64,000 bases of DNA from the NCBI RefSeq assembly GCF_006345805.1, contig NC_042998.1, positions 124,744,001 through 124,808,000 of the forward strand, in the 5' to 3' direction. Source of the stretch: Octopus sinensis (taxonomy: Eukaryota). The translations under genes were made by a program, and so were the position numbers. The notes beneath the pieces were generated by a model. That model searched no databases. It was given only the letters and a program-made list of their open reading frames with translations, and was not told where the DNA came from. Below are positions 39,865-51,852 of the stretch, piece by piece. Position 1 is the first letter of the stretch. The number at the start of each line of letters is the position of its first letter.

Positions 39865-40080
39865 GCAGAGAGCTGGCAAAATCATTGGCACGCCGGGCAA
39901 AGTGCGTAGCGGCATTTTGTCTGTCTTTATATTCCCAGTTCAAATTCCACCGAGATCGACTTTGCTTTTTATCATTTGTGGGTCAACAAAATAATAACCA
40001 GTTGAACCCTGGGGTTGATGTAATCGACTCAACCTCTCTAACAAAAGTGCAGATTTTGTGCCAAAATTTTAAATCAATAC
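39865..40080 (+). mobile_element. S1 SINE copy
   Basis: GAGCTGGCAAAATCATTGGCACGCCGGGC...AGTTCAAATTCC.CCGAGATCGACTTTGC...GGGGTTGATGTAATCGAC. Confidence 0.8.
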
Positions 40081-40214
40081 TCAAAGATAAAATTTTAAGA
40101 TAAAATCAAAAAGAATATATAGAAATATATAAAATCCTTTAAACGAATTATTATAATTATAAAATAAAATACGATTAATGAATTACTGTTGTACAATATG
40201 ATGTAAAACAGTAC

Positions 40215-40642
40215 TCGCTTTACTCTTTACTCTTTTGCTTGTTTCAGTCATCTTACAGTAGCCATGCTGGAGCGCCGCCTTTAGTCGAGCAAATCGACCC
40301 CAGGACTTATTCTTTGTAAGCCTAGTACTTATTCTATCGATCTCTTTTGCAGAAACGCTAAGTTACGGGAACGTAAACACACCAGCATCCGTCGTCAAGC
40401 GGACGCGCAAACACATACACGCACATACATACATATATATATATATGTGTGTGTGTGTGTATTTATATATACATATATACGACGGGCTTCTTTCAGTTTC
40501 CATCTATCAAATCCACTCACAAGGCTTTGGTCGGCCTGCGGCTATAGTAGAAGACACTTGCCCAAGGTGGCACGAAGTAAGACTGAACCCGGAACCATGT
40601 GGTTCGTAAGCAAGCTACTTACTACACAGCCACTCCTACACC
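40215..40642 (-). mobile_element. S2 SINE, full length
   Basis: Colinear with 20272-20662. Confidence 0.9.
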
Positions 40643-40761
40643 TAATACGATAAAATATATTGTAATAGAATGTATGATATAAAATAGTATAAAAATATGA
40701 TAATATAATATAAAGTGAGTGCATGGGTCTGCGGAATGTGTGTGTGTGTGTGTGTGGGTCT

Positions 40762-40921
40762 GCGCTGGGGCAGCTGTGTGGTGAGCAGCTTACTTCCCAG
40801 CAATATGGTTCCGGGTTCATCTCCACTGCGTGGCACCTTAGACAAATGTCTTCTACAACACCCACACCCTTGGGCAAACCAACGCTTGTGAATGAATTTA
40901 GTATACACACACATACACACG

Positions 40922-40955
<34 letters not shown>

Positions 40956-41204
40956 CACTCACAAACATATACACATATGCACACACATGTGTGTGTGTCT
41001 GTGTCTGTATTTGTCCCCCACTAACACTTGACAACCAGTGTTGGGTTTTTTACGTACCCATAAGTTGTTGCTTCTGCAAAAGAATTCGATAACTTTAAAA
41101 ATAATAATTAATAAATACTGGGGTCGATTCATTGGGCTAGAATTTCTTGAAAGCGAGCCCCCAAATGGTTGCATTCTACTGACTGAAACACATAACAGAT
41201 AAAA
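40762..41204 (+). mobile_element. Older S2 SINE copy, head-to-head with 40215-40642
   Basis: GCTGTGTGGTGAGCAGCTT...TGGTTCCGGGTTCATCTCCACTGCGTGGCACCTT...TGGGGTCGATT...TGACTGAAACA. Confidence 0.8.
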
Positions 41205-41374
41205 GGCACTGCACTTGGATTCCGCTTACAGAGTGAACGCTTCATATCGGCATGCTCCACATGCTTTTGCTTACAGTCACCACAACTATAGATGGTAGTC
41301 TATGTCCATGATATACAGCTTTCAGTAATATGCCTTCCAGGTATTCATATCGATATCCGAAGCCTTAAGGTTGT
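41203..41374 (-). mobile_element. Second copy of the RTE fragment (inverted relative to 35409-35580)
   Basis: 172 bp ungapped, with 9 mismatches counted by eye versus 35409-35580. Confidence 0.85.
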
Positions 41375-42184
41375 AGTTTCTATTGCAGACAGAACGAAAT
41401 ACAATAGAGAGTTAACCATTCACATGGTCGAACACAGATAATACGAGGAAGAAAGGATTTACAAGGCTTGAAATACCATATGAAAAACCATATGAAATAC
41501 GCTATGCATATCAGTTTGCTCTCTGTCAGATATGAGCAAAACTCCATTGCGATAGAAATTTTTAACGATAGAAATTTTGAAAAGCAATGATAAACATATA
41601 TACTGTACAAGAAAAACTGTTGTTTTGTTTATTACAGTCTAATTCATATAGATTAATGGAAAATTGATCTACGATTTTTATGCTAGTCCATTTCGTCATA
41701 CGCAATATTTAAATAAGAGTTGATGAAAGAGAGTTGGTTATTTTCATGATATAGTGTATTTTTTAATTGTTTGCTTTAAAGTATAGAATTACTGCAATAC
41801 GATTATTTTATTTTGCAATGGAAATTTTACGTTTAATTATATATTTGCTTTGCATGTTTAACAATTAGTAGTATTATCTTGACATTTTGCAATATTGATA
41901 CTATCGCCTCAGTTTAATATTTGCTATTTATTTGGTAGCATGTATTACCATAGTATTGATTTGTTACTTAGTCACTCTGGCTCAGAATTTTAAGAATGGA
42001 TGAATGGTGTTGTGGGATATTTTCATTCATGTCTGTTTGGATGGTTATTACAATCATACACATCACATTATGTGTCAACAAGTTGATTTAACATCAGAAC
42101 TAAATATTTAAGTAACCTGTATATCTTTGTAAACCTTGAAGTTCACACAAGCTTTGTACATACACACACAGACGCGCGCCTGGA

Positions 42185-42192
42185 TCTATCTA

Positions 42193-42243
<51 letters not shown>

Positions 42244-42483
42244 GTATGCATGTATGTATGAATGTATGTATGTATGAGTGTGTGTATGTACGTACGTATG
42301 TATATATTCACACGTACATATATGTATATATATATATAATATATATATACATACCTACATACATACATGCACACACACACACAAACATATATGCACACAT
42401 ATGTACGTGCGTATATATACATACGTACGTACATACACACACATACATACATACATGCATACATACATACATACAAACATACA

Positions 42484-42545
<62 letters not shown>

Positions 42546-42550
42546 CATAT
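42185..42550. repeat. Compound (TA)n/(TATG)n/(TACA)n microsatellite
   Basis: Di- and tetranucleotide runs. Confidence 0.95.
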
Positions 42551-43293
42551 GCACTGTTACAAAGGTCCCACTCATCCCCTGTAAAGTACGGACCATGTAC
42601 TTTACGGGGAATTCAACAACCCACACTTATTTAATATCTTGCCAAAAAGTTGGCAAAATCGTCATAGTATGGGAGGATATGTTTACAAGAAACAACATGA
42701 TCCCCTATTGTCCAAGATCGCACATAGACATATATGACAGCAAGAATCTCAAAAGTGAGCACTAATATCAATCACCCACTTCACCAGAAGCTAATCACAA
42801 AACAATGGCCACTAATAAGATGATGATAGTGGCGGTGCCCCAGCATAAATGAATAACAGAAAAGAATAAAAGAATATACATAATTAATGGAACTCTGGAG
42901 CAAACTGCACCCAGAAAAAATAATAGAAAATGTATTGTCCATTAGAGACAAGATAATTTATCCTAATTTATGTTAATTAATTACTTATCACCAGAACAAA
43001 CTTGCTACTGTATCCAAAACGGATCATACATTCTCAAAGTATTGATTTATATTTTGCTCCACTTATAATACTTGTAATTTATTAGGAGGATGACAATTCT
43101 TCCTTAAATTATATAGTTATTTCTTCCATTTTCTCTTTTTTCTAAGATTAATGATGACACTGGTGTTCATATAGCGTTTTAATGAATCATGTATGGCTCT
43201 AAGTTAATTTGAAAAGCTATGATCAGATATCCGACAATTCAGCTATCCAGAAACACTCCGGTCCCAAAAATACCAGGGCTAAATATATGCATA

Positions 43294-43359
<66 letters not shown>

Positions 43360-43417
43360 TATGTGTGTGTGTGCGCGTGTGTGTGTGTGTGCATATACAC
43401 AAATACATACATATACA

Positions 43418-43612
43418 CGACGGGATGCTGAAAAGTTCCTGGCTTCAAGGGTGTCGTGAAAGACCTGGTTGAAGACCCAACTTTCCGAGTTGTTTTACTA
43501 CTAGATAAACTGAAGGACCGCTGCAATAAGTGTGTGAATCTTGAATGGAATCTGTTCAATAAAATCATAATTAATTGATCCTCCTACATTTTCTTTTACC
43601 CGAAAACAGAAA

Positions 43613-43615
<3 letters not shown>
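43418..43615 (+). mobile_element. Mariner-derived non-autonomous (MITE-like) relic
   Basis: Terminus CGACGGGATGCTGAAAAGTTCCTGG, an internal mariner C-terminus-like KLKDRCNKCVNL, and a decayed right terminus CAGAAACTT running into (TA)n. Confidence 0.55.
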
Positions 43616-43673
<58 letters not shown>

Positions 43674-43681
43674 TTCCTACA

Positions 43682-43850
43682 TACAACGGGCTTCTTTTGG
43701 ATTCCGCCTACCAAATCCACACACAAGGCTTTTGTCAGCCCGTCTGAGGCTATAGTAGAAGACACTTTCTTAATGTGCTATGCAGTGAGGTTGAACCCGG
43801 AACCATGTGGGCGGGAAGCAAGCTTCTTACCACACAGCCACGCCTGCACC
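43682..43850 (-). mobile_element. S2 SINE 5' half
   Basis: ACGGGCTTCTTT..CTACCAAATCCAC.CACAAGGCTTT...GAACCCGGAACCATGTGG...TACCACACAGCCAC. Confidence 0.85.
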
Positions 43851-46265
43851 TATATATACAGGCACTCATATCTACGCATACGTACATAAACACACATAAT
43901 AAAATCATATAGAAGTGCTCAATGTTCCATACATCCATCTATTAGGATCATTGTTGATTTCTTGCAATGGCTTCTTTTCTCCATCGTAATTCGGTTTTAA
44001 TTATTTCAAATCAAGTTTATTGATCTGCTTCCAAAAGAAAATCAGTAGAATCTATCAGAACATACGCTTTCTGATATTCTGTAGTTGATTTATATCAATC
44101 AGATTATATTATTTCATAAGTCTTATTCCTAATTTCTTGTTGAGAGAGTTTCAAAGTCAAATATTCAACAACAATAATTTTGAAACCATAAATTTGCTAA
44201 AATCTATTGCAACAGCACCAAACCACAGATTCTGGCGTCCTTTGATGCTTCTTATGGATTTGTGCAATAAAAATAATTCATAAAATGTATAGCATGCTGC
44301 AGAGTGCATGCATCATATTGACTCTGTGATGTCATGTGACAAATAAAATCGATTATTTTATTTTAAAATAACGGTCGTTAATTTTAATTCTTTTTTCTAT
44401 TAAACAAGCATATTCATGGTCGGCAACCATCGAAAGTATTGAAAGTATTCGTTCGGAATAAAATAGACAATATGCTGTGCGCTGATGAGATGAAGAATTG
44501 AAATGGAATGCAAAACGTGAAATGAATAATAGAATGTAGTTTTCAATGGTTAAATAAGTCAAGCAGAAATTCATTTAAAAGCAGTGCCTGTACATCTAAT
44601 GACAAACCAATGATAGATTGATGTTTTGTATTATTGCAAATCGACAATAGCTAATTGAAGCAACATTGTTCATCAGATAAAGTTGCACTACCTTCAATTT
44701 GATAGTGTTATATATCAATGTGATTTAAAGTAGCGCTGCTAAGATAAGACCGGGGGAAAATGATTTCTGAGATTCATGAACAATTGTAGATTATATTAAT
44801 GAAAGAGCGATTAAATTAGACATTATTTTAAGACGCTATCTTTGAATACCGTTTTCATGAACAACTGGCAGGTAAATGCATTATTTATGATACAGGATTT
44901 CGGAAATTAAGCAAGAATAAACTTTTTCAAAAGGGCTTATCAGAACCAATCAGTTTATCAAAAGTAAAATTGACTATTAAAAAGCTAAAACGATGCAAGG
45001 GAAGTGGATTCTGCCATCATTTAGTATTTTGATTGTCGCCATTATGTCCTTTGTAATGCTATGTTATGAAGTTTTATATAAATTTAGAGTTAATTTATTT
45101 ACAATAAAATTTATATCAGTTACAATTACATAGCTTAACTGATTTTCAAAATTTTATTGTAAATGCATTTGCTTCACGTTAGTCGCCGATAATATTCTGA
45201 AAATCTTAAATCCCAAAGAGTCCTAATTTTTTCAGCAAATCGTACATACTCTTATTATTTAAGGAAATATATCTCTCATAACCAAACATTTCATTTTTCC
45301 TTCATAACATTTTGTCTTATAACTGCCAACAATGTTTTTTTTTCCGGAAACAGCGGGTTAAATTTGTTTAATTATTTTATAGATTCTGAAACCTTGAAAT
45401 ACATGCCATTTCAGCGTTATTTGAACTTGAACCTAAAGCGGTGCAAATAAATTCTACAAAGCATTGTATCGGTAACTGTAACTTTTCTGCCACTCCACAG
45501 TCTTTGTGAAAAGAAATATAACTATGCACAGTTAGTACAATAGTTGGTTTTATTCTTTGATATATCGATTTATCTTTAAATAAAATGTTCTCTGTTTTAT
45601 TCACTCCGACCTATGGGCCTTGTAACAGTAACGAGTGAACATTTCCTACATATCAATTGATGCCTCAGGAGAATTTAGGAAAATCAATCAGTAAACTTTA
45701 TATGCTCAGAATTAAAGTTAGCATAGAAAACGAAATGACACAGCTTTTGTTTATTTATTGAGTTAAATCCAATTTCTGTTTCATCTTCATTTAATCAGAA
45801 TAAATAAAAGAAGTTTGAGCCAGCATAGAATATACAACCCATGCGCGGAATACTAGTTATACAATGCAAGATATGTGTTATATAGCCCGTGATGCAAACT
45901 AAAACTAACCAATAACTAAATATATATCCAAATTCCAGTTCTAATCCAAATGCAAATTGAAAATTTAATAAGAACACTTCAGTTAAACTGGAATCCACCT
46001 CTACACTATGTTTATGTAAATATATATATATTAATCAAACCTTTTCCTTATTCTTAATCTATTCAAAATCTATAATTGTAAATACTGTAAATGTGTCTGA
46101 AGCTATAGTAAAAATAGAAGCAATGTTGTATTCCTATTTTAAACTCTGGTTATTGATAATAGTTTCTTTACTCTTGATTAGTAATGTCTTCTTTTATAAC
46201 TTTCAGTGAAATGGACATTTATGTTACAGACTAAGTCAGACTACTGCATCAGATAATAATGAATA

Positions 46266-46921
46266 GTGGACAAAACGGTGAAACCGTGTGGCATATCTGT
46301 GGACAAAACGGTAAAACCGTATGACATATTATCAGCCAATGTACGCTACTAGCCCAGAAGGAATACAAGAGACGCCACGACAATATAGCCAGAAAAAATA
46401 GTTAGAAAAAATTGGACACTCTGCAACAAGTATGGACTTGAAAGAGCAAAAAATGGGTACGCCCACAAACCTGTCTGTAGGCATCATCGAAAATTGAAAT
46501 GCAAAGATCCTATGGGATTTTATGATTCAGTGCGACCATGAGATAGAGAAAAGGAAGCCGGACATAGTTTTAATTGAAAAAGAAAACAAACTATGCTGGA
46601 TCATAGACACAGCATGCCCAGCTGACAACAAGGTGTGCGATGAGGAAGAACGAAAAGTTGAGAGATATGACAGGTTAGCTTGGGAAGTTAAGCAGTTGTG
46701 GTCGATGAAAAAGGTAGTAATAGTTCTTGGAACTGTGGGCGAAAATCTCGAGAAGTACATGGAACAAATATGGGCTGCAATAAGAGTGGAGCACTTGCAG
46801 AAAATAGCACTGCTTGGAACCGCTCGAATACTCCGGAAGGTGCTCGAAAAATAAGAAGGGTTACCTTAATTCACTGGTAGTGAACAGCTGACACTGTACT
46901 ACATCTCCAGGTGTGCAAAGG
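46266..46921 (+). mobile_element. R4/Dong-clade non-LTR retrotransposon, 5'-truncated; zinc knuckle + restriction-like endonuclease (RLE) domain
   Basis: CGQNG(E)TVWHI..QC..LAQKEYKRRHDNIA, KILWDFMIQCD....RKPDIV...IIDTACP...ERKVERY...LQKIALLGTARILRKVL. A short 3'UTR follows, then (TAA)n. Confidence 0.92.
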
Positions 46922-46933
46922 TAATAATAATAA

Positions 46934-46998
<65 letters not shown>
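46922..46998. repeat. (TAA)n microsatellite at the Dong/R4 3' junction
   Basis: Trinucleotide run. Confidence 0.98.
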
Positions 46999-46999
<1 letters not shown>

Positions 47000-47191
47000 T
47001 TTGACGCAAAGCCTGCTAGTTCGCGGAGGACTAAGTCGATTACATTGATCTCAGTGTTCATCTGGTACTTATTTTATCGGCCTCGAAAGGATGAAAGGCA
47101 AACTCGACACCTGCAGAATTTGAACTCAGAAAGTAAAGACGGGTGAAATGCCGCTAACCGCTTGAACCGGCATGCTAACGATTCTGCCAGC
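46999..47191 (-). mobile_element. S1 SINE copy
   Basis: AGTCGATTACATTGA...CTGGTACTTATTTTATCG...GAAAGGATGAAAGGCAAA...GAATTTGAACTCAGAA...GCTAACGATTCTGCCAGC. Confidence 0.85.
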
Positions 47192-48852
47192 AACAAAAAA
47201 AAAATGTCTTACATTTCGTGACAAGATTCCATCCGCTGTACATTACAACTATTAAGGTATAATCACCCTTCATTCCAGAGAGCATTACAGTAGTTACTGA
47301 AATAATCGCAAAGAAAACTGAACATGGTCCACAATTTTGGTGTCCAGGTGACAACTAGTTTCGTTGCTTTCCCAATGAATATTAGGAACACTACGAAGAG
47401 TGTCAAGAAAAGTGGAAAATTTAAGTATTGTCACGTTGAACTTGAGGCGAATTATACAGTCCAGAGTATCACCACAGTAGACGAAGTAAATTATCTCAAC
47501 TAATTTGTGATAAAATCTTTATAAAGAAAAGGTTCACTAAGTTTTAGACTGGAACCATTAATATCGTTAAAGGTTATATAAAATTCTGCTACAACCAAAC
47601 GGTTATTTTCCTTCGTTGCTTCTGTAATGAAAAAGCTATTCATTCATATATATAATCAAAAATGGGATATTTATTGAACGACTGATTAGGATTAATTTAA
47701 ACAGGATATTTAAACGTATATTCTTTAATGAATTCCTTGCATCTAAATTAATATAGGAACTTATGTAGGAGTTTATCGTGGTTTACTCGAAATCAATGTA
47801 TGAAAAGTGTATCATCATAGATACCCATTAAGCAACAAACGAATCGGATAATTCTTAGTGCCTGGAATAATGTACAGTTCTAATGCCTTGATGGATTCTA
47901 TGATACGCTAACAGGTTTATGGAGCAGTATTCTTTCAGTAGCACGTATGTGTTGCAAAAACAATAATAAAATCATAAATTGCATATCTTTAATAATATAT
48001 TCGAAGCACCATAATTTTATAACAATTAACGCTAGAGCTGGAATATTTACTTTGACTTAAGTACTATATAGAACACGAAGTTATACTTGCTTCATCTTAC
48101 CTCCCGAATTGAGGTCGTTGTAGAAGATAGTTTCATACTCTCAGTGAACAAAATTCTATAGTTTAAATATTTGTAAGACAATTTGAAACTTCATGAATAT
48201 ATGAGAAAATTAAATGATTTACTGCGGCGCCATGTTGCCAGTTTAAATATTTTATCATATAAACTATTCTACGCGAGCATTTCCTGGAGGAAAACATTGG
48301 TTTATCTGCACTATAAAAGCGATGGTCCAAATATATGTAATATGTTCTTATTTCGTAATGGCCTCTTCCTATTTTAGTAATAAAGTTTCGACCATTGTGT
48401 GTTGCATTTGTTTACTATGACGTCTGGGTATTCATACGAATTTTACAACATAAACTTTGAGAAAATAAAATTATTGTTGTTTCTAGAGTGTTTTTCGGGC
48501 ATTATTACTATTATTACATAAACTTAAAGTTAATAATATTTATTGCATCTGTATGACTTATAATACAGTTATACTTCAACGGAGAACTTACAAACAACAG
48601 ATGCATTAAATCACCCGAGCTGCTATATCAATGTATGATATACACATTCAATAGGGGTTTACGTGAGATCGTACCAAAGCTTTACAAGCATCGCTGCTCC
48701 AAAACGGAAACAAGAGACACAAAATAACAACAGATAAAAGTTTCAGTTTCGAGTAAATCAAGGTATATTGGGTAATTTTCCATCATTTATAAATTCAAAT
48801 ACGTTTGCACACACAGATACATATATATTCAGACAGACAGGTAGATAGCTAG

Positions 48853-48864
48853 CTAGCTAGATAT

Positions 48865-48955
<91 letters not shown>

Positions 48956-48983
48956 CATAGATAGATACATAGATAGATAGATA
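48853..48983. repeat. (GATA)n microsatellite at the Tx1 3' junction
   Basis: Tetranucleotide run. Confidence 0.98.
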
Positions 48984-49140
48984 ACTTTTTATTGTGGCCA
49001 CACAGGGCTAAACACAGAATAAAAATGGACGAAGTACAATGTAGAGATTTTCTTTTCGCGGTGGGATGGGTGGGACACAAAGAAAAAAAACGTTCGATCA
49101 ATAGGGATCTGTGGGTTCTGTGGTGTATAAAAATATAATA

Positions 49141-49185
<45 letters not shown>

Positions 49186-49957
49186 TATATATATATGTTT
49201 ATATATAAATAAAGTTCACAGTTTAGGTGTAGCCCTGGGAAGAAAAACCTACAAAAAGTACCAAAGTCACCTCAGACAGTTCGAAAATGAACACATGATG
49301 AGTCGCCTTACCTCTCGTTGTCTCTTTTGGTCACAGATTTACGCTTAAAATAGTGTCGTCTTTCATACTGACCATTTTTGCCACTTTTTATTAAAACATT
49401 CGTTCGACAAAGCCTTCCTCTCTATTCTCATCCTCCTTTTCAAGTGATACTTGAAAACGTTGACGAGAGACTGACCAGAGAGGAAGGTGTTTTTTTGCAG
49501 TCCTTTCAAACGCGTCCACCACACACATTCTTTCGCCATAGCCATCAACGTAACGAAAACCGTTTTCCCTTCCCGTTTAAAGGAAGTTATCTATAGGCCC
49601 CGGCCCGAACGTCGTCCTGAACAGGCGGGTTAGGAATTTCTCGTCGACGCCCAGGTTTGCCCCGAGTGCATCGTCGGACCTCCCCTCCACTAGTCCTCTA
49701 TAGAACGCTTTAGTCGTTTGTAAGTTGCACAAGTTTAACTCCGGTAGGCAGAGCTGCTGTACAGCTTGGCGACACTCTCGGTGCCAATCGGCCAGTTTCG
49801 GTCTCTTCCTGATCCACGTTTGCAGTTCGGTCAGTGAGACGAACTGCGGGCAGGCGCGCCTCACAAACGGCGCCCACACCTGTTCACCGTCATCAATGAA
49901 GTTCCGGAGATGTCGCAGTCTCAGCGCATGCCTGCGCATCATCAAGCACGGCATGCC
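48984..49957 (-). mobile_element. Tx1/L1-clade LINE 3' fragment (post-RT ORF2 + 3'UTR), 5'-truncated, inserted in (GATA)n
   Basis: LGMPCLMMRRHALRLRHL (GGLGxP-type post-thumb motif) and MAKECVWWTR (AKxxIWxxR motif). The 3'UTR ends AATAAAAAGT into (TATC)n, and the 5' junction is also (TATC)3. The CCHC region appears deleted. Confidence 0.8.
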
Positions 49958-50318
49958 TAGATAGATAGATGGAGTTTGAACTGATCTATTACGATTTGTA
50001 ACTGGAAAGTTATGCTATAGAGATAAAGCAAGTAGAAGTGTTAAAGATAGAATGGAAAATGTATTTACGTATATAATTTGAGAGTTTCGTAATTGGCTGA
50101 CGCCATTAGCGTGATTGTAAACGCAATTGCTGGTGCGAATGGTATCATTGTGTTTCAAGTCTGTCAGTGCGGTAGTTACTGACTTATAGAACCTGATATC
50201 ATTATACACACGCACACACACACATACGCACACACATACACACTCACACTTACAAACACGCGCGTACATGACTATGAGTGTGTATATAGATAGTTATACA
50301 TACATATATGAATGCAAG

Positions 50319-50353
<35 letters not shown>

Positions 50354-51496
50354 TATATATATTATATATATATATATGTTTATATATAAATAAAGTTCAC
50401 AGTTTAGGTGTAGCCCTGGGAAGAAAAACCTACAAAAAGTACCAAAGTCACCTCAGACAGTTCGAAAATGAACACATGATGAGTCGCCTTACCTCTCGTT
50501 GTCTCTTTTGGTCACAGATTTACGCTTAAAATAGTGTCGTCTTTCATACTGACCATTTTTGCCACTTTTTATTAAAACATTCGTTCGACAAAGCCTTCCT
50601 CTCTATTCTCATCCTCCTTTTCAAGTGATACTTGAAAACGTTGACGAGAGACTGACCAGAGAGGAAGGTGTTTTTTTGCAGTCCTTCAAACGCGTCCACC
50701 ACACACATTCTTTCGCCATAGCCATCAACGTAACGAAAACCGTTTTCCCTTCCCGTTTAAAGGAAGTTATCTATAGGCCCCGGCCCGAACGTCGTCCTGA
50801 ACAGGCGGGTAGGAATTTCTCGTCGACGCCCAGGTTTGCCCCGAGTGCATCGTCGGACCTCCCCTCCACTAGTCCTCTATAGAACGCTTTAGTCGTTTGT
50901 AAGTTGCACAAGTTTAACTCCGGTAGGCAGAGCTGCTGCACAGCTTGGCGACACTCTCGGTGCCAATTGGCCAGTTTCGGTCTCTTCCTGATCCACGTTT
51001 GCAGTTCGGTCAGTGAGACGAACTGCGGGCAGGCGCGCCTCACAAACGGCGCCCACACCTGTTCACCGTCATCAATGAAGTTCCGGAGATGTCGCAGTCT
51101 CAGCGCATGCCTGCGCATCATCAAGCACGGCATGCCTAGATAGATAGATGGAGTTTGAACTGATCTATTACGATTTGTAACTGGAAAGTTATGCTATAGA
51201 GATAAAGCAAGTAGAAGTGTTAAAGATAGAATGGAAAATGTATTTACGTATATAATTTGAGAGTTTCGTAATTGGCTGACGCCATTAGCGTGATTGTAAA
51301 CGCAATTGCTGGTGCGAATGGTATCATTGTGTTTCAAGTCTGTCAGTGCGGTAGTTACTGACTTATAGAACCTGATATCATTATACACACGCACACACAC
51401 ACATACGCACACACATACACACTCACACTTACAAACACGCGCGTACATGACTATGAGTGTGTATATAGATAGTTATACATATATATATGAATGCAA

Positions 51497-51530
<34 letters not shown>
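49145..51530. repeat. Tandem duplication of ~1.18 kb (two copies)
   Basis: 49211-50320 matches 50392-51499 with 5 differences seen (2 single-base indels, 3 transitions). All boundaries lie in (TA)n. Confidence 0.95.
50390..51136 (-). mobile_element. Duplicated copy of the Tx1-like fragment (lacks the distal 3'UTR)
   Basis: Near-identical to 49210-49957. Confidence 0.8.
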
Positions 51531-51534
<4 letters not shown>

Positions 51535-51679
51535 TTTATATGTGTATACATAAATGCAGACGCATATATATACATAGAGAGAGAAGGAGGAAGAGGCGAA
51601 GAATAACAAATGACTCATAGACAGATGTATACATATATACATATATGCATGTGTACATAGATATATACATATACGAAAA

Positions 51680-51852
<173 letters not shown>

